DNA of 64,000 nt, taken from positions 1,536,001-1,600,000 of the forward strand of contig OZ219747.1 in assembly GCA_964291265.2 (NCBI GenBank), given 5' to 3'. How positions within the stretch are numbered: position 1 is the first letter of the stretch; each line of letters starts with the position of its first letter. Position numbers and translations under genes: made by a program. Positions 49,139 through 60,639 of the stretch are shown one piece after another. This stretch comes from Alphaproteobacteria bacterium (GTDB taxonomy: Bacteria; Pseudomonadota; Alphaproteobacteria; SP197). The notes beneath the pieces were generated by a model, which made no database searches, had not been told where the DNA came from, and saw only the letters and a program-made list of their open reading frames with translations.

Positions 49139-50188
49139 TCATCCCCACTTCGTGATCGACACGACGGACGGGGAGGTTCCCTGCCTGATCGCAACGGTGA
49201 CCGGACGGTCCTCTTCGAGGGATGCCGACAGTGCGTCGAGCACACGTATGGCGGCCAGCGCCTCGTGGTAGTCCTGAACGAAGGGGGCGGAGGTCTGGAC
49301 GGACTCGGCGAAATGCATGAGTTCGTCCCTGAGATCGCCCGTTATCCGCCCGTTGATCTCGGGCCAGAGGTGTGTGTCGGCGGCCTTCGGACCTTCCGCC
49401 GTGATGACCTGAAAACCCTGGTCACGCACGTCCAGCAGGACGGCACTGTCTGTTCCGACCACCTCGAACGCGGCATGGTAGCCGGCGGGCAGGCCATCCG
49501 GCCATGCCCAGCTGTAATCGAGGATCCCGACTGCTCCGTTGGCGAAGTTGACCACCGCGTAGAGCGCGTCCTCGTTGCCGTTGGAAAGTTTCCTCACCGA
49601 CTGGGCGTACACCCGCACGATGGCAGAGCGGGCAACCCACTGCATCATGTCGATGTCGTGGACGCCGAGATAGAAGAGGATGGACGAGGCTGCGCCGATT
49701 CTCTCGGCCAGACTGCGGACCGCGTTGCGCTTTGCCCGAAGATGGATCGGTTCGCCCAGTCGCTCCGGGTGTGCCGCAGTGTGGAGCTGAACATAGCGCG
49801 GGTCGAACCGGAGAACATGGCCGACCATCAGCCTGATCCCTGCTTCCTCGACCACGCGCGCGATCGTCTCCGCAGCTCCGGCTTCGTGCGCCATGGGCTT
49901 TTCCAGAAGAATATGCTTGCCGGCGCGAGCCGCCGCGGTCGCCGGTTCGACGTGAAAGCGATCAGGAGTGACGATGCTGACTGCGTCGATGTCGTTCCGT
50001 TCCAGCAGGGAGAGCGTTTCGCGGTGGTAGGCGACTCCCAGACTGTCCGCCAATCCCTTGCCGGCCCGCGCGTCCGGGTCTGCAACCGCGACGAGTTGTG
50101 TGTTCGGAAGTTCACTCCAGACCCGTGCGTGCAGACTTCCCATGAAGCCGGCGCCAAGGACACCCATACGCAGACGTTCACGGGTCAT
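49139..50188 (-). CDS. Gfo/Idh/MocA family oxidoreductase
   Basis: GVLGAGFMG, HILLEKPMA, GHVLRFDP, GVHDID. Confidence 0.93.
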   Translation of the reverse strand: MTRERLRMGVLGAGFMGSLHARVWSELPNTQLVAVADPDARAGKGLADSLGVAYHRETLSLLERNDIDAVSIVTPDRFHVEPATAAARAGKHILLEKPMAHEAGAAETIARVVEEAGIRLMVGHVLRFDPRYVQLHTAAHPERLGEPIHLRAKRNAVRSLAERIGAASSILFYLGVHDIDMMQWVARSAIVRVYAQSVRKLSNGNEDALYAVVNFANGAVGILDYSWAWPDGLPAGYHAAFEVVGTDSAVLLDVRDQGFQVITAEGPKAADTHLWPEINGRITGDLRDELMHFAESVQTSAPFVQDYHEALAAIRVLDALSASLEEDRPVTVAIRQGTSPSVVSITKWG

Positions 50189-51285
50189 GCTGATGGCACT
50201 CCTTCGTGCTTGGGGTGGGGGAGGACGTTTCCCGCCTGATCGAACAACAGGCAGTGCGCAGGGTCCGGCGCCGCATGGAGTCGGTCGCCGAAACGGCCCG
50301 CAAATCCGGGTTCCACCAGGGCGTGCAACTTGTTGCGACGGTCGTCCTCAAGGATCACCACCGATTCTCGTCCGAGGTGCTCGACGGCGAAGACAGTGAC
50401 CGGCAAGGCATCGTCCCCGGGCTCGTCACGGACATGCAGATGTTGCGGGCGGATGCCGAGTGTTGTCGGCTTGGCAGCGGCGACGGGGCGGTCGGGCTCG
50501 ACGACGAGGTTCCGGGCGACGAACCGGGCGCGCCCCTCCTGTGCGACGATCTCTCCCTCGATCAGGTTCATCGGAGGCGAGCCCACGAAACCGGCCACGA
50601 ACAGCGTGGCCGGGCGGTTGTAGATCTCGTCCGGCGTACCGATCTGTTCCAGTCGGCCGGCGTTCATGACCGCGATCCTGTCGCCCATGGTCATGGCCTC
50701 CACCTGGTCGTGGGTCACGACGATCATCGTTGTTCCAAGCCGCTTCTGGAGATTGACCAGCTCGGCGCGCAGGGTGAGCCGGAGCGCAGCATCGAGCGCG
50801 GCCAGGGGTTCGTCGAGAAGAAAGGCGCGCGGCTGGCGGACGATGGCCTTGGCGGTGGCGACGCGCTGGCGTTCCCCGCCCGAAAGCTGACTCGGCGACT
50901 TGTCAAGCAGGGCCTCGATGCCGAGGGTCGACGAGGCTTCTGCGATCCGCCTGTCGGCTTCCGCCCGCTTGAGTTTCTGCTTGGCGAGGCTCGTGCGAAT
51001 GTTCTGCCGTGCCGTCATATGCGGGTAGAGCAGCGACGACTGAAACACCATGGCAATGTTGCGCTGGTGCGGCGACGCCGTGGTGACATCGTCACCGTCG
51101 AACAGAACACGTCCGGAGGTAGGCGTTTCCAGGCCTGCGATGCAGTTGAGCGTCGTCGTCTTGCCGCAGCCGGATGGCCCTAGGAGCACGAGGAGTTCGC
51201 CATTCTCGACCATGAGATCGAGGTCGCGCACGGCAACGTGGCGATGGAAGGCCTTGTGCAGACGATCGAGCTGGATACGGGACAT
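50185..51285 (-). CDS. Carbohydrate ABC transporter ATP-binding protein (MalK-like)
   Basis: GPSGCGKTT, LSGGERQR, LLDEP, VTHDQ and C-terminal TOBE region. Confidence 0.95.
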   Translation of the reverse strand: MSRIQLDRLHKAFHRHVAVRDLDLMVENGELLVLLGPSGCGKTTTLNCIAGLETPTSGRVLFDGDDVTTASPHQRNIAMVFQSSLLYPHMTARQNIRTSLAKQKLKRAEADRRIAEASSTLGIEALLDKSPSQLSGGERQRVATAKAIVRQPRAFLLDEPLAALDAALRLTLRAELVNLQKRLGTTMIVVTHDQVEAMTMGDRIAVMNAGRLEQIGTPDEIYNRPATLFVAGFVGSPPMNLIEGEIVAQEGRARFVARNLVVEPDRPVAAAKPTTLGIRPQHLHVRDEPGDDALPVTVFAVEHLGRESVVILEDDRRNKLHALVEPGFAGRFGDRLHAAPDPAHCLLFDQAGNVLPHPKHEGVPSA

Positions 51286-51288
51286 GGC

Positions 51289-52155
51289 TCAACGCACCGG
51301 GTCGACGAGATTCATGTCAGCGATGTGCCTCTGGAGGAAGAACGCCACGAGCGCCGGCGGCACCATGGTCAGGACAATCGCTGCAGCGAGGTGAGAAGGT
51401 TCGGGATGCTGGAACAGGAAACCGGAAATGGCGGTCGGCAGGGTGTTGGCAGTGGTGCCGTTCACCAGTATCAGCGCATAGGTGTATTCGTTCCAGGAGA
51501 AGAGGAAGGCGATCACGGCGGCAACGGCGACGCCGCTTCGTCCCAGCGGCACGATGATCTTGACGAAGGTCTCGAAGCGCGAGAAGCCGTCGATGCGGGC
51601 CAGCCGCTCCACCTGGGGTAGATTGCGGAAGTATCCGATCAGCATCCACGTCACGAAGGGAACGGTGATCGTGAGTGTGACGATGATGAGGCCGACGAGC
51701 GTGCCCGAAAGGCCAAGCCGCACGTACATGGCGTAGAACGGGATCAGGGTCGAGACCGGGGGCAGGGCCACCGCCAGCAGGATCGCGAAGAGCAGCTTGT
51801 TCTTGTGGGGAAAATCAAGGCGCGCGAAGACATAAGCCAGCGGCAGCACCACGAATAGCGTCACGACCGTGACGACCGCCGAGACGATCAGGCTGTTGCC
51901 GAGTCCCCGGATGATCTGCTTGGCCTGCCCGGAGCCACGTCGGAGCAACCCGTTGACCATTTCGTAGTCGAACCCGAAGATGTTGAAGAAGGCCGCCGGC
52001 GTGGGCTCCAGAGGATAGAGGGGCTGCGGGAAGCGTGCGATCTCGTCCGGTGTCAGCAGGGAATTCTTCAGGAACCAATAGATGGGCAACAGCGTCCAGA
52101 CCAGGACGACCGCCAACGCCAGCCATGCCCACACCGTGGAGATGCGAATGCTCAA
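51289..52155 (-). CDS. Carbohydrate ABC transporter permease
   Basis: ERLARIDG loop, FLFSWNEY; TTG start inferred from overlap with the upstream stop. Confidence 0.9.
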   Translation of the reverse strand: MSIRISTVWAWLALAVVLVWTLLPIYWFLKNSLLTPDEIARFPQPLYPLEPTPAAFFNIFGFDYEMVNGLLRRGSGQAKQIIRGLGNSLIVSAVVTVVTLFVVLPLAYVFARLDFPHKNKLLFAILLAVALPPVSTLIPFYAMYVRLGLSGTLVGLIIVTLTITVPFVTWMLIGYFRNLPQVERLARIDGFSRFETFVKIIVPLGRSGVAVAAVIAFLFSWNEYTYALILVNGTTANTLPTAISGFLFQHPEPSHLAAAIVLTMVPPALVAFFLQRHIADMNLVDPVR

Positions 52156-53051
52156 GTCGATCGCGCCTCTCGCCGCCCCCAGAGGAAATAGAGCAGCAGT
52201 GTCGTGCCGAGGATCAGTGCAAGCAGCATGAAGGACATGGCGGCGCCGTAACCGAGATCGAGGTCCTTGAAGCTCTCCTTGTAGATCCGGTAGGTGAGTG
52301 TTGCCGACGCCGTGCCCGGCCCACCGCCGGACAGCACGAAGATGAAGTCGAAAAGCTTCATCGAAAGCACGGTCGTGATGCACGTGAAGACAAAGAGCGT
52401 GAAGCGGAGCGGCGGCAGGGTGACGTTCAGGAATGTTCCCGGCCCCGACATGCGGTCAATGGCCGCGAGATCGTACAGCCGGCTCGGAATCGTCTTGATA
52501 TTGGCGAGCAGAAAGAAGGCGACAAGCGGCGCCATGTTCCAGGCATTGCCGATCGCGAGGACCTCGATCACCCACTGACGACTGACGACATTCATCGCCT
52601 CTTCGATACCCAGCGTGTAGGCGATGGCGGTGCCAATTCCGGTTTGCCCCTTGGCGAGATGGGAGAAGATGATCCCGGTACCGTAGAGCGAGATGCACCA
52701 AGGCAGGATGACAACGGTACGCACCAGGCCGGCGCAACGCATCTTGCGGTTGAGCACCAGGGCGATCATCAGGCCGATCACCATCGCCATCACCACCGAT
52801 TCGAGGGTGAAGCGGACGGTGATCCAGAGTGATTGCTTGAATTTTCGATCGCGCATGACGTCGGCATAATTCTCGATGCCGACGAATGTCGCCTTGTAAC
52901 CGCCGAAAAAGCTGATTTCGTGAACACTCATCCACAGCGCGTAGCCGAGCGGATAGGCGACAACGAGAACGAGGAACACCAGAACAGGTAGCGCGAGCAG
53001 AAGGGAGAACTGAAGGTTGGACAACTCGGCGGTGTACTGTTTGAAGCTCAT
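52152..53051 (-). CDS. Carbohydrate ABC transporter permease
   Basis: FVGIENY, LYDLAAID, FDFIFVLSGGGPG. Confidence 0.92.
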   Translation of the reverse strand: MSFKQYTAELSNLQFSLLLALPVLVFLVLVVAYPLGYALWMSVHEISFFGGYKATFVGIENYADVMRDRKFKQSLWITVRFTLESVVMAMVIGLMIALVLNRKMRCAGLVRTVVILPWCISLYGTGIIFSHLAKGQTGIGTAIAYTLGIEEAMNVVSRQWVIEVLAIGNAWNMAPLVAFFLLANIKTIPSRLYDLAAIDRMSGPGTFLNVTLPPLRFTLFVFTCITTVLSMKLFDFIFVLSGGGPGTASATLTYRIYKESFKDLDLGYGAAMSFMLLALILGTTLLLYFLWGRREARST

Positions 53052-53070
53052 CTGGGCAGGGATGGCGCAT

Positions 53071-53100
53071 CGGCGGGCGGTTCCGTCGAACCGCCCGCCG
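53071..53100 (-). promoter_or_regulatory. Intercistronic 13-bp stem-loop after the binding-protein gene (probable mRNA stabiliser or attenuator)
   Basis: CGGCGGGCGGTTC-CGTC-GAACCGCCCGCCG. Confidence 0.6.
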
Positions 53101-53111
53101 GCGTCTCGGTG

Positions 53112-54440
53112 CTACAGTCCGTACTTCTCGTTGAGACCGGCGATCTGCTCGTTGATCGCTTCGATGGTCTCGATGATGTCCGCGTCGTCCTGCAGGAACT
53201 CCTGCAGCGTCTCCTTGAGCCAGCTGTTGAATTCCTCCGCCCAGACGACACTCCAGATGCCCTTCGGGTACGGCGTCGCTGCGTAGACTTCGAGCACGGC
53301 CACGATGTCCTGCGGACGCGCGAGGGCGTTCTTCATCCGTTCGGCCGCAGCATCGCTTTCCATCACCGACCTGTAGCCGGAGAAGAGCATGGATTCCTGC
53401 ATCCAGCGGTTGCCGACGAAGACGTTGCCGGTTTGGTCCTGATAACCATACCAGCTCGCGAAGCGCTTGACGTCATCGGTGTGGGCGTCGTCCCGCTCGC
53501 GGCTGGTCATCAAGTAGACAGCGGAATCGAGCAGGCCCCAGCTCTGGCCCTGATAGGGCAGAAGGCTGGCGTGGCCAGCGATCTGGGAGCGATCCTCGCG
53601 ATTGAAGGTTTCCAAGTCGTAGAGCTGCTGTGGACTGAAGACATACCGACCCGACGCGTAGGCATCAATGTAGGAACTCTCGTTGTATGTCAGCACCTCT
53701 TCCGGCACCAGGCCGTCGTTCCAGATGCGCTTCCAGTCCTCGAGCGTCTTGTAGGCCGCGCCGTCGGTGTCGGTGGTGAGCAGGGGTTCGTGGGTGTCGG
53801 GATGCGCAATCTCGCCTCCCCGGTTCATGACCTCGAAATCGAAGGCCCAGGAAATGCCGTACCACTCGTTGATCCAGTGCGGCAGGAAGGGTTGATCGAC
53901 GCCTTTGCCACGGATTTCGTAGAGCTGGTCGTAGAGGGCGTCCCAGTTTGCAGGAAAGTCCGCATCACCGTAGCCGAGTTCATGGTACTTCTTCAGGTTG
54001 ACATGCATCACGCCGCGGGTGCTCACGAAGTAGGAAAGCCCCAGCAGATTGCCCTTGTAGGTCCAGGCATCGAGGATGTTGGGGTACATGTCCGCCTTGA
54101 TCGCGTCGATGTTGGGTAATGCTTCGGCCGGCATGATCCAGCCGCCGTCGAAGTAGCGGCCGGCCTGGGACGGGTTGGCGTAGAGCACATCAAGCTCTCC
54201 GCCCGCCATCAGGCTCTGTTCCATGATCGCAGGGTAGTCGCCGGTGACGGTTGCGTAGTCGACGTTGCCGCCCTGTTCATTGTTGTAGCGATCGACATTG
54301 TCCTGCACGATGTCGGTCTTGTACTGCCAGCCGCGGAAAAAGACCGGTTCGCCGCTTCGGGCTTCCAGCCCACTGTCCGCGAGCGCGTCACCGGTCATCA
54401 GCACGAGTGCGCCCGCAACCGCCATTGCCCAGAGTTTCAT
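53112..54440 (-). CDS. ABC transporter extracellular solute-binding protein
   Basis: Signal peptide MKLWAMAVAGALVLMTGDALA; FPANWDAL; first gene of the ABC operon. Confidence 0.9.
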   Translation of the reverse strand: MKLWAMAVAGALVLMTGDALADSGLEARSGEPVFFRGWQYKTDIVQDNVDRYNNEQGGNVDYATVTGDYPAIMEQSLMAGGELDVLYANPSQAGRYFDGGWIMPAEALPNIDAIKADMYPNILDAWTYKGNLLGLSYFVSTRGVMHVNLKKYHELGYGDADFPANWDALYDQLYEIRGKGVDQPFLPHWINEWYGISWAFDFEVMNRGGEIAHPDTHEPLLTTDTDGAAYKTLEDWKRIWNDGLVPEEVLTYNESSYIDAYASGRYVFSPQQLYDLETFNREDRSQIAGHASLLPYQGQSWGLLDSAVYLMTSRERDDAHTDDVKRFASWYGYQDQTGNVFVGNRWMQESMLFSGYRSVMESDAAAERMKNALARPQDIVAVLEVYAATPYPKGIWSVVWAEEFNSWLKETLQEFLQDDADIIETIEAINEQIAGLNEKYGL

Positions 54441-54559
54441 CGACTTTCTCCTCTTTCCCGGGGTTCGTATGGTCACCTCATCTGGATTGGCGGTCACCCG
54501 AGCATGCTGCAGGACTGATCGCCTCACTGACCGGCAAGCATACTCCGGCTCCCGCGGAG

Positions 54560-55230
54560 TGTAAAAAGGCCGGTTGCGTCTGCTGTCGGAGCCGCCGCCA
54601 TCGGCCGTGATGAGGACCCTGCGGTGTGTCCCGGAGGCGATCCATGCTCCGCCACAACCGCCGCACGTTCTCCACCTGCGAACGACGCGGTGTCGTGTTC
54701 GGTTCCGACGCTGACCCAGTCCTTGTCGGCCGTCATGTCACAGACGCCACAGAGCATCGCGTTGCCGAGCCCCGGGTCGGCACAATCGTGGATGCTGACC
54801 TCCTCGGGGGCGCCATTCCCTGGCGCCGTCGTGACGGTGGCCGACAAGCTCCTCTTCTGCGTGTCGACCGGGATGACCGGCTGGCCCGGCTTCTGGAAGG
54901 CCCGCACCCTGCGGTCGATGCGCCGGAACTGCGCGTCGCTGGCGGTTCTCCACCGTCTTGCGGCTGGATTGCAAGCTGCAGCCGAGGGAACGGAGCAGCC
55001 GGTTGACCGTGCGTTCGCTGACCATATGGCCTTCGGCGCCGAGGGCGTCGGCAAGGCGGCGCGCGCGCCAAGCGACGTCCAGCGCAGCGGACGTTCCGGA
55101 TCGCCGCGCGTCGTCGGTCCGAGATGAAGTTCCAGCGCCCTCACAAGGTCCGGGTCTTCCTCGCACAGGCGCTTGCGGTCACCGCCGGGACGACGGGTCC
55201 GCGTGGTCGGCTCCGGCGCCGCCGCCGCGC
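54560..55230 (-). pseudogene. ISAzo13-family transposase remnant with multiple frameshifts
   Basis: RRPGGDRK...TRGDPERPLRWTS...DAQFRRI...QPVIPVDTQK...WVSVGTEHDTASFA. Confidence 0.8.
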
Positions 55231-55235
55231 CTGCC

Positions 55236-55908
55236 CGGAAGCGATCGAAGATATCGGCATCATCCCGCTCTTCGAGGGCGTCCTGATCCACGACTGCTGG
55301 GCTGCCTACATGGGCTACGATCAGTGCCGCCACCAACTGTGCGGCAGCCACCTCCTGCGCGAGATGACCTTCGTCGTCGAGTCCGACGGCGACCGCTGGC
55401 GCGATTGATGAAGAGCCTTCTGCGCGAGGCATCCCGCAGGGTCAACAAGAGCGCATCCAAGACCTTGAACGAGGCCGACCGCCGGGCCGTGCGCAAGCGC
55501 TACCGCACCATCCTCACCCAGGGTGCCAGGGAACTGCCCGACATCCCGCCACGGACGATGAGGAACACGTGGACGCATCACAAAGTCCGACGCGCACAAC
55601 CTGCATGAACGTCTCGTGAAACACGAGAAATCCGTCCTGCGCTTCATGAAGGACCCCAATGTCAGTTTCACAAATAATACCGGAGAGCAGAAGATCGGGA
55701 TGACAAAGGTCAAGATCAAGGTGTCTGGATGTTCCCGCACCATGCTCCATGCCAAAGCATGGTGCCGGGGCTCAAACTACCTCACCACCATGGACGCACT
55801 CGGCTACAACCCTCTCGTCGCCATCCACATCGCCCTCGACGGAAAGGCCGTAGACATCCTCAACGAGCACTACGGACAACCAGACCCCAACAAGTGGTGA
55901 GTAGTTAC
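55236..55908 (+). mobile_element. IS66 right-end fragment, degenerate sister of the 12216-14671 element
   Basis: Near-identical to the reverse complement of 12216-~12890; ends GGTGAGTAGTTAC at 55908; frameshifted. Confidence 0.9.
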
Positions 55909-55922
55909 AATGTATGTTGCCA

Positions 55923-55943
55923 TATCCGCATGTAAGGCGGATA
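55923..55943 (+). promoter_or_regulatory. Inverted-repeat operator upstream of abiEi
   Basis: TATCCGC-N7-GCGGATA, 7 bp before the ATG at 55951. AbiEi proteins autoregulate via promoter inverted repeats. Confidence 0.5.
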
Positions 55944-55950
55944 CTTGGTC

Positions 55951-56276
55951 ATGCCTCACGATCGGCGATCCGCCCTGTCAGGTTACGTGAGCGGTCTGCT
56001 CTCCACCGGCCGAACGGTCTTCACCGCCGACCGCGTTGTCAGTGGTCGTGCAGCGGCCTGTCGTACAGCGTCTAGGGTATCTTCTGGACCATCTCGGCCA
56101 TGACGAACTGACGGGGCCCATGCAGGGGTTCCTGAGAGCACGAGGGTCGCTGCCCTGGACCGAGCTCGATCGGCAGGAGGCAGGAGGCGCGGGATCCGGA
56201 CTTCGCGTCCGAACCGCTCCAACGCGATGTCCGGTGGCGGATCATCGCGCGCCGGCTACCCCAGGCCGACGCATGA
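55951..56276 (+). pseudogene. AbiEi type IV antitoxin, internally deleted and frameshifted
   Basis: MPHDRRSALSGYVSGLLSTGRTVFT joined almost directly to C-terminal VVQRLGYLLDHLG...RDVRWRII. Confidence 0.7.
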
Positions 56277-57137
56277 TCCCGGCGCAGAATGTCGTCGCCT
56301 GGGGCAACGTCGTTCCCTGGGCCGATCAGCGACAGGTCGAACAAGACCTCATCATCGGCCGTGCTCTGGTGGAGATCTTCTCCGACGACATGCTGCACGC
56401 CGCAGTGCGGGTTCGCGGCGGAACGGCGCTCAACAAGCTGCACTTCCCGAAGCCGATTAAGCTATTCCGAGGACATCGACCTGGTCCGGACTTCCGGTGG
56501 GCCAATCGGTCCCATCCTCGATCGGCTGCGTGTCGTTCTGGAACCGTGGCTGACGCGCGCGCGGTTCGATCAGAGTCCTGTCGCACCGAAGTTTCGCTTC
56601 CGGGTCGATGCCGAAGACGGCAGTGGCGTGCCGATCCGGCTGAAGGTCGAGATCAACACCCGCGAGATTCAGGCTTTCGACGGCCCGGCGGCGTTGCCGT
56701 TGAAGATCGATAATCCCTGGTTCTCGGGCGAGGCGGCCATTTCGACGTTTACGCGCGAAGAGATGCTGGCGACCAAGTTGCGTGCATTGTCGCAGCGTGA
56801 CCAAGGGCGCGATCTCTACGACCTCGCGCACGCGCTGGAGGTCTTCGAGAACCTCGATTTAGGCGGTATGGTCGAGATGTTCGAGCGGTATCTCGACCTT
56901 TCCGGACAGACGATTTCCCGGGCTCAGGCCGAGCAGCGGATGTTCGCCAAACTGGCCAACCCACACTTCTTGCTCGACCTGCGCCCCCTGCTGCCGGCTG
57001 TTCAGGCGCAGGCTCTGACGGAAGAGACAACAGCGGATTCCTTTCGCCGCGTGTTCACGATGCTCATCGATCGGCTGCCCGGCGATCCCTGGCGGAGGAC
57101 GCAGGCCATGAAAGAACGCTTCGGAATCTCATGGTGA
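56273..57137 (+). pseudogene. AbiEii nucleotidyltransferase toxin, frameshift near 56455
   Basis: QVEQDLIIGRAL...RGGTALNKLHF in one frame, YSEDIDLV...LKVEINTRE...TKLRALSQRDQGRDLYDL in the next. Confidence 0.85.
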
Positions 57138-57177
57138 CACGAGCGTGGTCAACCATGCTCATCCGTTCCGACAGGTC

Positions 57178-60100
57178 ATGACACGTCGACTGTATTCCGG
57201 GCTCTACGAAGACCTGCTGACCTCCGCTCTGGAGGCGGAAGTCAATGCCCGAACGGCGGAGGGCTGGTGGGTTGACATCGCCCCGGCGAACTCAACTGTT
57301 CGTCCCGAGCTCCTGGCCCGTCATGTTTATCACCTCCTTCGACGTGCGCTCGAAGGGATTCCCGAAGAAGACGGTGCGCAGCCGGCCAACCAGGTCGCCC
57401 TGGCGAATCGACTGGTGGAGGTCCTCGTCGAACATGGCGCAATGGCCGACGATCGGGTTGCAGACGCCGCGCGCCTGCTCCTGGAAGCTGTGGAAAGCGG
57501 AGCATTGGGCGGTACGCAATCGACAATTCCGCGCCCGACACTCTCGCTTCGTCGGACCGGCCTGCTCGTCAATGGCCGGCGCGACGTCCAGATCGCGAGC
57601 GAAATCGCGCGGGAGATCCCGAGTGCCGATCGGATCGACCTCCTCTGCGCATTCGTGCGGCATTCGGGGTTGCGGCTGTTCCGCTCCGAGCTTGCAGAAC
57701 GGGTAGGAGAGGGTGCGCGGGTGCGCGTGATCGCAAGCGTCTATACCGGGTCAACCGAACGCCGAGCGCTGGACGCGCTTGTCCATCTCGGTGCGCACGT
57801 GAAGGTCTCCTACGACGTGGCGCGGACCCGGCTTCATGCCAAGGCGTGGCTGTTCCACCGGCACAGCGGTCTGCACACCGCCTACATCGGTTCGTCAAAT
57901 CTCACCCACACGGCACAGGTCGACGGCCTCGAATGGAACGTGCGCGTGAGCGCGGCCGAGAATCCGGAGGTGATCGAGCGCTTCCAGGCGACCTTCGAAC
58001 AGTACTGGCGAGAGCCCGAGTTCGAGGACTATAAGCCCCAGCGTGACAGTGAGCGTCTCGACCACGCGCTCTCGAGACAGCGCGGCGATTCCGGAGTAGA
58101 CGACGGCACAGCGCTGTCTCTGCTGGTCGACGTCACACCGAAGCCTCACCAGGCTGTCGCGCTGGAGGCCCTCGAAATAGAGCGTCTGCGCGGATACCAC
58201 CGCAACCTCGTGGTCGCGGCGACCGGCACCGGCAAGACCTGGATTGCGGCATTCGATTTCAAGCGGCTGCGCGATCAGGGTGCGGCTCGTTCCTTGCTCT
58301 TCGTCGCGCACCGCGACGAGATCCTCCTTCAGAGTCAGCAAGTCTTTCAGCTCGTACTGCGCGAGCCGGGGTTCGGTGAGCGGCTGGTCGGCGGCGAGCG
58401 TCCACGCGCTGGTCACCACATCTTTGCCTCGGTGCAGTCTCTTGTCAACCGCATCGACGAAATCGATCCGGAAGATTTCGACGTGGTCATCGTGGACGAG
58501 TTTCATCATGCTGCCGCCACGAGCTACGAGCGCCTGCTGTCACGTCTGAGACCGAAAGTGCTCCTCGGACTCACGGCCACGCCGGAGCGCGCTGACGGCC
58601 AGTCAGTGCTGCAGTGGTTCGACGGCCGCAAAGCTTCGGAGTCCCGGCTCTGGGATGCCCTTGACCAGGGGCTGCTCTGCCCGTTTCATTATTTCGGGGT
58701 GAACGACGCGACCGATCTCTCGGCGGTCCGTTTCGAGCGCCGACGATATGTGTCTGAGGAGCTCGACAACGTGTTTACGGGCGATCACGTTCGAGCGGTT
58801 CGGATCCTCCAGGCTGTCGAGGAATTCGTGACCGACCCGCACCAGATGCGGGCGCTGGGATTCTGCGCAGGCATCGGTCACGCCCACTTCATGGCGAGGC
58901 AGTTCACCGGTTTCGACTACCCGACAATGGCGCTCGATGCCAGCACCCCCGGGGACGATCGTCGAGCGGCGCTCGCGAGACTGCGGCGCGGAGAACTTCG
59001 AGCCGTTTTCGCCGTCGATCTCTTCAACGAGGGTGTCGACCTTCCCGAAGTCGACACCGTGCTCATGCTGCGGCCGACCGAAAGCGCCACGGTGTTTCTC
59101 CAGCAGCTCGGAAGAGGGCTGCGGTGGGCCGAGGGGAAGCGGGTTCTCACTGTCCTCGACTTCGTGGGCCAGGTTCGGCGTGAGTACCGCTACGACGTGC
59201 GCTATCGAGCCCTGCTGGGGGGCACCCGCCATCAGGTCAAGCACGCCATCGAGGCGGACTTTCCACGGCTCCCACCGGGATGTGCGCTCAAACTGGATCG
59301 CGTCGCCAAGAAGACGGTGCTGCGCAATCTGAAAGAGGCGGTGCAAAATGCTCGTGCAAGCCTCGCCGATGACCTGCGCGCTCTCGGACCTGAAACACGG
59401 CTCCGCGGCTTCATGGTGGACGCCGGTGTCGAACTCGAAGAAATCTACGCACGACCCGGTTCGGGACACTGCTTTACCGAGCTCCGTCGGCGGGTTGGCT
59501 TCGAGCAGAGCGCTGTCGAAGACTCTCTCCTCAAGGCTATCGGCAAACTACTTCACGTAGACGATCGCGAGCGGATCGAGTTCTGGCGAGACCTCCTGCT
59601 GGGGGATCGTTCCAGCGGCATCGCGGAACTCGAGGGCCGCAAGCATCGCCTCGGCCTCATGTTGTTCGCGCTTCTGGGCAGCCGTCGTCAGGCGATCGAC
59701 GAGGTTGATCAGACATTGGAAAGTGTCCGTGGCTCTTCAGAATTGCGTCGCGAGACCGGCGACCTCCTGGAGATTCTCGCGGACCGCATTCGCACGGTCT
59801 CCCAGCCGCTTGATCCTGCCAGCGATGCTCCCCTGGCCAGCCACGCCACCTATACCCTGGGCGAGATTGCCGCGGCACACGGGCACACTGACAAAGGTGG
59901 CGCGCTGGTGTTTCCGCAGGGCGGGGTTCTTTGCTGTGAAACATTTCTGATCCCTGCGACGCCTTTTGTTGAACAGGGCGCGAGCGACCTGTCGGTCAGG
60001 CGCATGCCTGACCGCCGTGTGGTGGTTCTGGCTGACGCCTGTTGACGAACCTTGGACCTTTCCGGCTACCCCGCGTCTATGGCCATCAAGGGTCTGGTTC

Positions 60101-60639
60101 GTTCAGGCGTCAGAACATCATCGAAATGCAAGCGTCCTCGTCACCCACCTCCACCTGCTCGCATGATCGTGCACCAATACGCCGGATCAACGCACTTGTC
60201 CAACGGCCACAACAGGCTCACGTTTCATGGCGCGGGGTGAACAGGCACGCCGACGTTCATGACTGTTTGGAACAATGAGACGCAGACGGATCTGCTGTTC
60301 GTCACACTGGAGAAGTCGGACGGGGATTACTCTCCCACGACTCGCTACGCCGACTACCCGATCTCGCCGACCCTGTTTCACTGGGAGTCGCAGAACACCG
60401 CGTCACCCGATACGCTGACCGGGCGCCGTTACATCGAGCAACCAGACCGAGGCACGAACGTCGTCTTGTTCGTGCGCGAACGCAAGACAGATGGCCGGGG
60501 CGAAACCCTTCCGTACCACTGCCTCGGCCGTGCCCATTACCGCAGTCATGAGTCCGAACGGCCTATGAAAATACTGTGGGAGCTCGAACGCCCTATGCTC
60601 GGATGGCTCTACCAAGCGGGGAAAGTGGTAGCGGGTTGA
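57178..60639 (+). pseudogene. PLD(HKD) nuclease-SF2 helicase-DUF3427 protein interrupted by a 332-bp insertion (1041 aa restored)
   Basis: LHAKAW...GSSNLT, ATGTGKT, DEFHH, TATPER, QQLGRGLR. Removing 59934-60269 restores PQGGVL-W-NNETQTDLLFVTLEKS...FHWESQN. Confidence 0.9.
59934..60265. mobile_element. 332-bp structured non-coding insertion flanked by a TTTG direct repeat
   Basis: TTTG at 59930-59933 and 60266-60269; internal hairpins; no convincing TIR or ORF. Confidence 0.8.

Noticed and set aside
59930-60269. Group I intron interpretation of the 332-bp insertion
   Set aside because: No boundary register gives a 5' exon ending in U together with an intron ending in G, and no P7-like core was recognised.
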